Assembly (NCBI GenBank): GCA_964187785.1
Contig: OZ076409.1
Location: forward strand, 86,120,001-86,184,000
Direction of reading: 5' to 3'
DNA from: Amphiscolops sp. MND2022
Taxonomy: Eukaryota
Length of the DNA: 64,000 nucleotides
A program made the position numbers and the translations under genes. Under the pieces are notes generated by a model. That model was not told the origin of the DNA. It searched no databases and worked only from the letters and a program-made list of their open reading frames with translations. Below, piece after piece: positions 1-10,280 of this stretch (positions are counted from its first letter, which is position 1; each line of letters opens with the position of its first letter).

Positions 1-476
1 CATCAATCGCCACAAAAATATCCGTGTTTCCTCTGCTAAGTCGAACGATTTGAACTCTTTCAACATTTGGAAAATTATCCAGAGCATGCTAAAGGCCTTT
101 CGCCTGAAATTTCACAACTTTACTTGAATTTAATGCTAATACACGACAAAGAACATCAATCTAACATAAACCGCGCAGAAGTCAGACGGAAAAGCACTTC
201 CCGAAAACAACTATCACGATTGCACCCGAAATACTTGTTCTTTTTCAAATTGACGCGACAGTGGGTCGAAAATCTACTTCTTATTGACGCTCATCTACGC
301 ATAACTTTTCTCCGCAGAGGTATCTCACAAATCTGATTGTGTGAAAGTGATTATACGCCCTGCATTAGCAAAATCTACAGTTTCTGGCGGGTAACCTACA
401 TTAACATTCGAATAAACCATATCGAACAGTCAGCAAATCTAGTGCTAGAACGAAAAGGTTTCTTTCTGCAATCAAA

Positions 477-1753
477 ATGAGTGATACTGGAAATGGTGTG
501 CAACTGGACGCCTCCACGGGCACTTCCCATGCCGAAGGCCCTCCTAAAAACCAATCAGCCACTTCTACTTCGACTCCCGCCAATCCACATTCGAACAATT
601 ACACTACGGATGCTTTCACACGAATCTTTAACTCCACTGCGGCAGTCAACGGTCAATACCGCCCCCCTTTCTACCCAATGAGCGTGTCACTCCCATCGTG
701 CTTGATGCCTGAAATCTTCAATGGTTCTGGAGATTTCGAGGACTATCTACAACAGTTCAACACGGCTGCCATGCTCTCAGGATGGAGCTCTGATCAACAT
801 GACCATCGCCCGCAATATTTCGCACTACGTCTGCGAGAAAACGCTCTTCATTTCTATACAACCTTGTCATCTGAACAACAAGGCAATTATGCTCAACTCG
901 TCGAAGCGTTCCGACAGAACTACACCACAAATGTTGATATACTGAAAGCTCGCTTGAAAGCCGCTAAACAACAACCAACGCAGGACAATGCTACCTTTTT
1001 GTGCGATATTCGAACTTTAGCAAGACGCGCATACCGGAACCATCCTCATCTTATTGAACAAATTGTTTGGACCAGTTTCATCGAAGGCCTAAAGAATTCG
1101 ACCCTGCGATGGAAACTAAGAAAAACCAAGCCTACACAGCTGATGAAGCGTTAACATTAGCTATCGAGCTTGACTCGTTCCTTGCCTTGGAACAACAAAA
1201 AAAAGCAAGTACGGAGTTTACAAGTGCTGTTAATCAAGTGGCCTCCGGCTCCCAAAGGTCTGACACAGTCGATGAGCTTGTTAGAACGTTACGCGCTGAG
1301 ATTGCCAACTTAAAGGCTTCACATAGCAACAGGTCCGGTTCGCGGGACAACAATCGTCACAGTAATAACTCAAGGAACCAGCAAGTAAACAGGAACAATT
1401 CCCACGACAGAAATCAAGGCCGAGGACGACGAGATGATAGGAGTACCTCGGGAGATCGATCCCGATCGGTCCACTTTGAGGATGGAAACGAGCGTCGCCA
1501 CACTCAGAGGAACGGACACAGAGAGTATGACAACAGGAACAATCAAAGGCATTCACCGAACCGTAATAACCAAGGAAAGAACTCTTCCGACTATTCCAAG
1601 AACTCCAACAGTAAATCGAACCAGAAACAGGAATGTCGTCATTGTAAGCGGACCAATCATGCCTCGAACGAGTGCAAAGCATGTTTCAATTGTCATAGAG
1701 TAGGCCATTTCAGACGGGACTGCAGAGCTTCCCGGTCAAACCAGGAAAACTGA
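477..1753 (+). CDS. gag: Gag, interrupted by a single-base frameshift near 1135
   Basis: ORF 477-1154 (PEIFNGSGDFEDYLQQF, capsid-like) joins ORF 1067-1753 at KTKPT/TADEALTLAIEL. Two CX2CX4HX4C knuckles at the C-terminus: CRHCKRTNHASNEC and CFNCHRVGHFRRDC. Confidence 0.9.
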
Positions 1754-1785
1754 AAACGTCTACGCCAGAGGGCCTCCGCGCAGAC
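1744..1785 (+). promoter_or_regulatory. Probable gag-pol -1 ribosomal frameshift signal
   Basis: GGAAAAC immediately before the gag stop; the -1 frame is open from there into pol (GKLKTSTPEG...). 7 nt downstream is a hairpin GTCT-A-CGC...GCG-C-AGAC (1758-1785). Confidence 0.65.
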
Positions 1786-1821
1786 ACGAATACACCCCAT
1801 GGCCCACAATCAGCCCTAACA

Positions 1822-4800
1822 ATGAATTCAGTGGTTGACCCCCGTAGCGTCTTTGTAAAACTCACAATTTTGAACATAGATGTAGAAGCTGTATGTGATT
1901 GTGGAGCAAGTGTGTCTTGTCTGAACCATAAAATCTATGATGAACTGAAGAAAAGAAATGACATTCCCTTGAACGCCTGTACTAGGAACCTGAGAGCAGC
2001 TAATGGACTACCTATAGCAGTCAAAGGCGTCATACGGGTTCCGGTACGAATAGGTACGAAGCAGTACGAGCATGAATTCCGTGTCTTGGAAAATTCAGAA
2101 GCCGATTGCCTTCTGGGACTGGATTTTCTAGAAACAAACAAGCGTGATCCACTGTTCTCGCAGATGAAACTGAGACTCGACTCAACTCAGTCTGTTCCCA
2201 TGTACCACAAAACCTTTGAGCTCACCAGTAATACAGTGTTTCGAGTCATTGCCACCGAAACAATCATGGTACCAGCGGGCCATGCCAAAATTCTGCCAGC
2301 CCATATTCCGGACTGGAAGAAACCACCTATCCCCTTGAATGCTATTTTTGAACCTCTCGAAAAGTTTAACTCTACTCGCGAGGTGGTCGCTCCGAATATT
2401 CTTTTCAACTATTCTGAGGAAACGATTCCAATAGTGTTCAATAACACAGCCTCCTCCGACATAACTATATACAAAAACACAACTCTGGGGACATCCGAGA
2501 TTGTGTCTGAAGACTGTTTGAATAACGTCAGTCAACCGTCTCTCCCACGTCCGTCTCAGAAACCAAACCAGTCGCAAGTCAAAACCAAGAAGAGTATGAA
2601 GTACGACTTAGAGTCACTATTCAGCAACATTGACGAAGACATCGATGAGGACTACCGACAACAATTTAAAGATCTAGTGAAGGAATTCGAGCACGTGTTC
2701 TCTTCATCCGAATGGGATTTGGGTAAATGCGATGTCACTAGTCACAAGATTGAAGTCTACCCAGGGTCAAGGCCGGTCAAAATTCCCAACAGGAGGATGC
2801 CACTGCACTACAAAGAAGACCTCCAAAACAAAATCGATGTTTTTCTCGATAAAGAACTTATCACTCCCTGTCACAGTCCATATAGCTCCCCGGCTATGTT
2901 GGTTCCAAAGAAAAATGGAAAACTTCGGCTTGTCATTGACTACCGTCAATTAAACAAGCTAACAGTCAAGTCGAGTTGGCCAATCCCCTCGATTGAAGAA
3001 ATTTTCGACACACTAGAAGGCAGCTCCTACTTTTCTACCATTGACATGTCGGCTGGGTTCTACCAAGTACCAATGGCTGAAGAAAGTCAAGATTTTACAG
3101 CCTTTAGCACCCCCTTCGGCTCCTTCAAATGGCTTCGCATGCCAATGGGTCTCACTGGGAGCCCGAACACGTTCCAGAGCCTAATGGAAAGTGTCCTAGT
3201 GGGCCTGATTTGGAAAACTTGTGTTCCCTTTTTGGATGATTGCATCATTTTCGCAAAAACTCAGCAGGAGCACATCTCTCGTCTTCGGGAAATATTTCAG
3301 CGTTTCAGTGACGCCAACTTGAAGATCAACCCATCAAAGTGTGACTTCTTTCGCACAAAAGTTAACTTCCTCGGCCATGTGGTCAGTCAACATGGACTAC
3401 AGGTTGACCCACACAAAGTCAAAGCAGTGGTCGAATTCCCGCAACCTCAAAACCAAACCCAGGTGAAGTCGTTCCTGGGGCTAGCCTCTTACTATCGCCG
3501 ATACGTCCAAAACTTTGCCGCCATTGCACGCCCCCTTCACAAAGCAAGTGAGACTTCGTCTGCTTTCCAATGGACCTCTGAAGCTCAGGAAGCCTTCGAG
3601 ATCCTGAAAATAAAACTCACCACGACGCCCGTTTTAGCTTTTCCTTCATTAACCAAACCTTTCATCTTATACAACGATGCAAGCCAATTTGCAATGGGCG
3701 CCGTCCTTGCACAAGAGCATGACGGTCTTGAGCGAGCTATATGTTACGCGTCGAAGTCTTTCTCCAAGGCTCAAAGCAAATACTCCGCGACGCGGCGTGA
3801 GCTCCTCGCTATTGTTAACTTCACCCGACACTTTCGTCACTATCTCCTAGGGCAAAAGTTCACAATTGTTACTGATCACCGACCACTTCAATGGCTCCAT
3901 AACTTCAAAGATCCCGATGGGATAACAGCGCGCTGGCTTGAAAAGCTGGCTCCATTCAATTACGAAGTCAGGCATCGCCCCGGAAAGTCGATTGGTCATG
4001 CTGGTGGTCTGTCACGATCTCCTTCCGGCCAGTACCGTGAGGTTTCCGCGGACTTTTTCTCAACTAATGACTCCTTCGCTCATTGTGTCTCCGCCGACTT
4101 CAAAATGTCATCGGGCGTAGCTCGCAAGATCAAAAGAAACTTTCCCATTGCCTACCCTACAAACCTCGATCACACCCTTCATCCTATTTGGCCTCAGTGG
4201 TTACCTGACTCCCAGCGCTACATCTACCACTTGATTACAAAACAAAAGCAGAACAACAAAACCACATACGGTACCCTCAGAGCCTCGTTAGAGCGTATGC
4301 GCGCACATGCTGAACAGAATACAGTGAAAAGTATAAGCATACCATGTGCTGGATGTGGTGTGGATTGCTTGGACGAAGACAAAATCTGTCAACTCATCCG
4401 AGAAACGTTCCGTACATCAACTGTTCAAATCACTGTGTATCTGAAAGAGAGTGCACGATCCTCGCAGCCTAATCACAATGGAAAATTCAGTGGAATCGGT
4501 ACACTACAAGAACTACAAGAGGCAGACGAGGCCCTACGCCACGTTCGCGCTTGGGTCCGGGCCAGCAAAACCCCTAGCACTAGTGAGTTACAAGGCCTAC
4601 CGAGACTGGCCTGGCGAATGTATAACCAATTAGGTAGCCTATACCTTCATAACGATATTCTCTGTCGAAAATTCGAGCCTAACGATGGTAGCGCCCCCTT
4701 CCTTCAACAGATTGTACCTCACGTCTTATTTCCAGAAGTCCTTGAGTCGCTTCATAGTTCTCCAACGGCTGGCCATTTAGGAACTTACAAGGTCATTGAG

Positions 4801-6351
4801 AAGGTGCGACAACGCTTCTATTGGCCAGGCTTCAAGGAGGATGTTAAACTTTTTATCCGATGTTGTGATATTTGTCAAAAACGCTCTAACCCACCGAAAA
4901 CGCACCGTCATTCCTTGGTCGATTGGAGGGTCAGTTACCCGTTCCACCATATCGGGATGGATTTCTTAGGGCCATTGCCGCTATCCAACGGCAACCAATA
5001 CATTTTATTGATCGGAGATCACTTCACAAAATGGTACGAGGCGATACCACTCCCTGATCAGCAAGCTACAACCACTGCTAACGCGCTCTTGCAACACTGG
5101 ATTTGTCGTTTTGGGTGTCCTTACAGTATTCATACAGACCAAGGCAAAATTTCGAGACTGATCTTTTTCAGCACCTTATGCGCCGACTTGAAATCGATAA
5201 AACCAGAACTACCTCCTTCCATCCCCAATCGAACTCAGTCATTGAGCGAATGAACCGAACACTGCTCAATAGGGCTTTCCAAATGCATTGCCGATGACCA
5301 ATCAAATTGGTCCTCACTTCTTCCCTTCGTCTTATTGGCCTATCGTTCCTCTGTTCATGAATCAACAGGCTTCACACCGAATTTCTTAGTGTTTGGCCAC
5401 GAACTGACATTACCCATTGATTTGAAGTACAAAGGACCTCAATCCAATCTTGCCTTGCCTCCCAACAACTTCGTACTACAAAAGCAAGCTCTTTTTCATA
5501 AAGCCTTTGAACTAGTGCGTCACAGCACTAATGCCCAACAATTGCGACGGAATGCCATATACAACAAAAAGGTCCATGGTCCTTCGTATAACGAAAATGG
5601 TTACATTCTCCTCCATTATGCTGTCACTACAAAGGGAAAATGTCCTAAATTATCTAGTCCTTGGCGTGGACCCTACCGCATACTGAAATGTATTAATGAC
5701 GCCAATTACAAAATTGAAGAATTGAGCACCCAGAAACAGTTGGTAGTTCACTATGACCCTATCAAACCCTACTTCGGTCAACCCCCTTCCACGAGTAACA
5801 TACCCGAGCGCTTGACGCCACTTACTACGGCCGCAAAACCCTCAGAGCGACAGGGCTTTGATCATAGCGACTTTGATGTAACTTTCCAGCCCATGAGAGG
5901 GCAACCTCCAACAAACTGTTCTTTTTCACAATCATTTGTTACGTCCACTTCGCAATCCGAGACCCAGCAGTCGCAGTCTCCCGTGCACCGAGAGTCTCTC
6001 CGGAATGCTTCAGCTCCCCCATTCGTCCCAACCCAGACCGCTGACTGCTTCAACACCTCAAATTTTCAGAGTAGAGAACCCTCGGATTCTTCTTTCAGAA
6101 CCATTACTCCCCAGCACTCAACACCAACGCGCGTTCACAAAAATCTGCGATCCCTTCTAGGAACTATTATTGACAGCGCGACCCAGCAATTCGTACAGCG
6201 CACTTCTATGCCACCGCGAAGTCTACGACAATCTACCATGAACCAACGAAAAGCCAATCCTCTATACGAAGCTCGACTTCCACGTGATCTCACCGACTTC
6301 CTGTCCCCGAAAAAGAAGAAGAACGCTGCCAGAAACGGCCCAGGGTCATGA
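1822..6351 (+). CDS. pol: Pol polyprotein (protease, RT, RNase H, macrodomain, integrase with GPY/F), with two compensating frameshifts near 5148 and 5273
   Basis: PR VCDCGAS; RT IDMSAGFYQ and FLDD; RNase H YNDASQFAMGAVL and TDH; IN HHCC (H..GH..CDIC), GMDF, TDQG, then NFETDLF..HPQSNSVIERMNRTL in the shifted frame, returning to AYRSSVHESTGFTP and PWRGPY. Confidence 0.95.
4030..4443 (+). other. TARG1/OARD1 (Poa1p-like) macrodomain inside Pol, between RNase H and integrase
   Basis: Colinear with OARD1 motifs as recalled: DSFAHCVSADFKMSSGVA (DSLAHCISEDCRMGAGIA), YIYHLITK (YIYYLITK), TYGTLRASLERMRAH (TYENLQKSLEAMKSH), SIPCAGCGVD (SMPRIGCGLD), ITVY. Confidence 0.9.
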
Positions 6352-6354
6352 ACA

Positions 6355-6429
6355 TACTAACCTCTCTGATCCTTCTTCCTTCTTATAATTCTTCACTTTC
6401 CCATGAAAATCGAAATTTCCTTACTTCAG
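6355..6429 (+). promoter_or_regulatory. Branch point, polypyrimidine tract and splice acceptor for an env subgenomic mRNA
   Basis: TACTAAC at 6355-6361 just after the pol stop, a long C/T tract, then TTACTTCAG|G ending at 6429, 13 nt before the env ATG. Confidence 0.65.
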
Positions 6430-6442
6430 GAGAGAAACCCCG

Positions 6443-8811
6443 ATGGGCACAATGGCTGTATTTCTCCTTTTCTATTGGCTCTTCAACCTTCATCTTAGCT
6501 CCGCGGATGTTCAATTCGCCACCCATCTAAGTGACACAATGGACACACCCATCTTCAAGAAAAGTGCAGCTTTCGTGTTCAAATACCAAGCCGTGACGTC
6601 GGAAAGTGAAAGCAAAGTTCGCGTCTTCTCGCCGTTCTCTAACATGCCTTTTATAAACCTAACCGATGTGTATTCCATCTTGCGAACGAAAGGCAACTCT
6701 AATTCAATCGAAGGGATGGACACCGTAAAATTGTGTGAGTCTCAGAAAATGACAGAACTCTATCACTTGCTATTCGATCAGTTGGAAAAAAAACTAAGGT
6801 TATTGGAGAAAGAAATCCAAAGTGTCCGTAATGATGAATCTCGATTACTTGACATAGCATCGTCCTTCTTACCTCCACGAGTGGACCCGGATACACATCC
6901 CGGAACAAGAAACCGCCGAGCAGTAGGAATATTGATGGCAGCCGCTGCCGCGGCTGGACTGGTTCTCGGAGACCCAGTAAAGAACGCTGCATGTTCGGCG
7001 CTCTCGATTTTCAACCTCTGCACAGACAATAGAGAGTTGAAGATAATGTCAACCGCATTATGGACCAGCAAAGAAGTTTCCAGGAAACTCTACAACGTGT
7101 ACAGACAAAAAATGATGAAGACTTTTTCATGCTGGGACATGAAATAAAAGCAACGCAGGAAAGTGTTCAGCAGATCAACGATGCTATCGGCGCCAACATT
7201 AGGTTACTCCAGACAGACCTCTTGAAGATTAAAGGTGTATTGGCGAGAACCTGGCAATGCAATCTCCACATTATTCAAAACATGTATTTTTCTGAGGAAA
7301 TACGTAGCTACATAAATCATTTGGACTCCTTATATACCCATGTGAAAAGTTATCGTGCGGCGTTTTACGCTTACAAAATTGCACTCTTTTCAACAATATC
7401 GTCACTAGCAGCTGGTTACGTCACACCACAGTTTCTCCTTCCAGCACAGCTGTCTCAAATTGTTAACGAGCTTGCCAACGACGAGATCCTCAGAGGGACC
7501 AAACTGTCCCCCGCTATCCGTCCTGGCCAAGAAGCCATTTACTACGAGATACACTTTGTCTTGGAAGTATCCCTTCTTTCCCGAGGCATATCGGTTGTAC
7601 TCGGTATTCCCATGAATTCCCGCTCTTCTTCTTTCAATGTGTATCATGCCACAGCACTGCATCAACCGAATGACGATGGTGACACCGCTTCAATCTACCA
7701 ACTCACTAACCCCTTCCTAGCCATATCTGAAGACAATACCCAGTTCGCGGAACTCAGCGCCTCCACACTGCAGCAATGCTCCGGCAATAATAGGATAAAG
7801 CTTTGTCGTAAAGGTTTCTCCACCACCACAGACGAAACTCTCGTTTGCCTGCCCTCCTTGTTCTATAATTATGACATTCCATCTCTCCGAAACTGTAAGG
7901 TGGAATCTGTTTTGCTTCCTGACGCTCCTCAAGCGTTCTATCTAGCTGATGGCCTTTATCATGTAATCTCAAGAAATCCTAACATTCAAATGAAAAACGA
8001 TAGTCGCTTGGCTGGATTTTCGATATCAACACTTTCTTGCCAAGCTTGCCTAATTCGACCTAGTTGTACCAGCACACTATCATTCAACCAAGGTGATCTT
8101 GTTCTTTCACCGGACATGGATTTCTGCGAAAGCAAACCGGAGCCTCTCGTGGCGTCTATCGAACTGACCCCCTCTTTGGCTCAGGTGTTCAAACATGTTC
8201 CACAAATAGCTCATAAGTTTCATGCCTACTCAGTCGCTGAAGCACGTCAATCGGTACTCAGCAGCGTTAGACTCGAACTTGCTGAATTGCCGGATGTTAA
8301 ACGCATGTCATCAGACACGCTTGAAGAATTGACCCGACCAATAGCCCAGTACTACTCATCGATTTCTCCAGCTACATCTGCTGCTCTGTCTTCTTATATG
8401 CCTCTTCGAACAGCTGTGTGCTTCTCGCTGGTCTCCATCACCCTATCATTACTTACTTTCGGCGTGAAATTTACGCTCTTTCGACGACAATGGCTTCGAC
8501 TATTTGCACATCCGCAACGTTTCTTCCGAGGAAACTCTGGTCGTTTCCTCCACATCGTCGACTCTGTTCCCAGCCCTGCTGACATCGATTCCACGGTTCT
8601 CTATCTTCCGCTTGAGGAATTTACCGCACTTCAATCACTTGCACATGGTACTATTACACAATCAGAACCTCTCCAGACCTTAAAAACTAACTATGCCTCA
8701 GTTAACACTAATACTAACACTAACTCTCTTCCAATCAATAACAAACCTCAAACACCACCCCGAATTTATCCAACCGTTGGCGCTCCTATATATTCTGAAT
8801 CTTCTACGTAA
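6443..8811 (+). CDS. env: Envelope glycoprotein, class I fusion type, about 790 aa, single-base frameshift near 7041
   Basis: Signal peptide MGTMAVFLLFYWLFNLHLSSA; furin site RNRR (6908-6919) followed by the hydrophobic peptide AVGILMAAAAAAGLVLG; heptad-rich segment; Cys-rich ectodomain; TM TAVCFSLVSITLSLLTFGV (about 8410-8466). The two ORFs join at ELK/DNVNRIMDQQ. Confidence 0.88.
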
Positions 8812-9139
8812 GTTTTACACTCCTCGATTTCCAATAGCAGCTTGCTGCCCCCTTTGTACGTGTTCCCGCGTCACCCACTACTAAATACTGCATATTTATT
8901 ACTTGACATCAAACACTGTCAAGACTCTCGCTAGATTCACACAGAGGCCCAGTCCTCCCCCTTTGGCATGTATCCGTGCCATTCCAACAGTCGCCAACGT
9001 TCTCATGATTCATGCACTCGTACGTACCCGTACGTTTCAGCTGCCTTACATACGTTTCCGTATGTTACACTACTCAGTATGTCTTATCTAATAATAGGGT
9101 TATACTAAATGAAAAAAAAACAATTAGTCATGACTTTTT

Positions 9140-10230
9140 TTGTTTAGGTCTTATTTCCAGTTCTTCAACACCCGAGTTCCGGAGAACACGCCCTTCCCTG
9201 TGCAAACTTGTTCCGGACGAGTGCACCCTCTCAGTGTTGGCGACAATGTATACCTAGTAGAAGATGTGCAATATCGTGTCACACAGATCCTCCCCGACCA
9301 GCAGACCGTGCGCTTACAGCGCATCAACACCACCAACCGCCCCTTCCGTCGTTCATGGCATCAAATTTGCCTTGCACCCCCGTTAACCTCAGACTCTACG
9401 TGTGCCGTAGATCTTCCTACCAACAACTGCCTTTGCCCTGACCCTGAACCGCCAAAAGTACACCCCGATACTGAAGACATCACTATTCAATGCGAACTCA
9501 CTACCGATAAAGCCCTCGATGACTGGTGCTCAATTATGACGGACTTCTCCTGCGTAGACCATTTGAACACTGCCTTTTGTGAAGCTCGCGAGGAAGCAAT
9601 GAATTACTTCGATCTGTATGAAAAAGCCAGCGCCGAAGCTGTTGCATTAAGAAGCTCCCTGGCCAATGCTCAATTAGAGTCTGAACGTTTAAAAGCAACC
9701 CTTGAGGAACTTCGCGTCACACATAATCAATTGTTGCAAGAATCTCTCCACCGAATTGAGGAAATCAACGAACTTAAATCACAACTTAAACGCAAGACTA
9801 ATACTTCCCCGACGCCGCCATCCAACTTCTCCTCAGTCATTTAACGTCGCTACCGACAGATTTCGAAGCTGAAACGACACCCGATGACACTCTCTATCAC
9901 TTCCTATGTTGCAAATCTGATGCGGATACTACATTCTTATCTTCGCAGGCGAACGCTTTACTCCGCCTCATACACCCCGACAAAAATACCCTCACTGGGC
10001 CCCTGGCACATGATGCGGCGCGACTCGTCCCCCTCATTACCAACATCAAGCGGGTTCTCATGCATCCTCCCCTTCGCGTAGTCTATGACCACTGTGGTCT
10101 TACAGGCCTTCAAGATCTTCTTTCCCACCGCCTGTTCTGCCCCGAATGCCTGCCTAATACTTCCGATGGACGCCCTGCTAAACAAGGCCGAATAGAATAT
10201 CCTCAATTATACCTGCTATTCAATTCCTGA
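9140..10230 (+). CDS. Accessory ORF4: beta-rich N-terminus, coiled coil and C-terminal DnaJ J-domain; frame change between about 9800 and 9841
   Basis: ORF 9140-9844 overlaps an unlisted open frame 9802-10230 that translates YFPDAAIQLLLSHLTSLPTDFEAETTPDDTLYHFLCCKSDADTTFLSSQANALLRLIHPDKNTLTGPLAHDAARLVPLITNIKRVLMHPPLRVVYDHCGLTGLQDLLSHRLFCPECLP...FNS*. Confidence 0.75.
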
Positions 10231-10280
10231 ATGGACCAGCTAGTATAATTGTGAGGACACAATTCCGCACAGGAGGAGCC

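Noticed and set aside
67..336. 89-aa ORF in the retroelement leader
   Set aside because: TTG start, no recognisable motif, and a length expected by chance.
380..406. TGGCGGGTAACC as a primer-binding site
   Set aside because: The preceding sequence does not match the 3' LTR end, so the 5' LTR and PBS lie outside the window.
9884..10206. Listed ORFs 9884-10081 (+) and 9958-10206 (-)
   Set aside because: Shadow frames of the J-domain frame 9802-10230.
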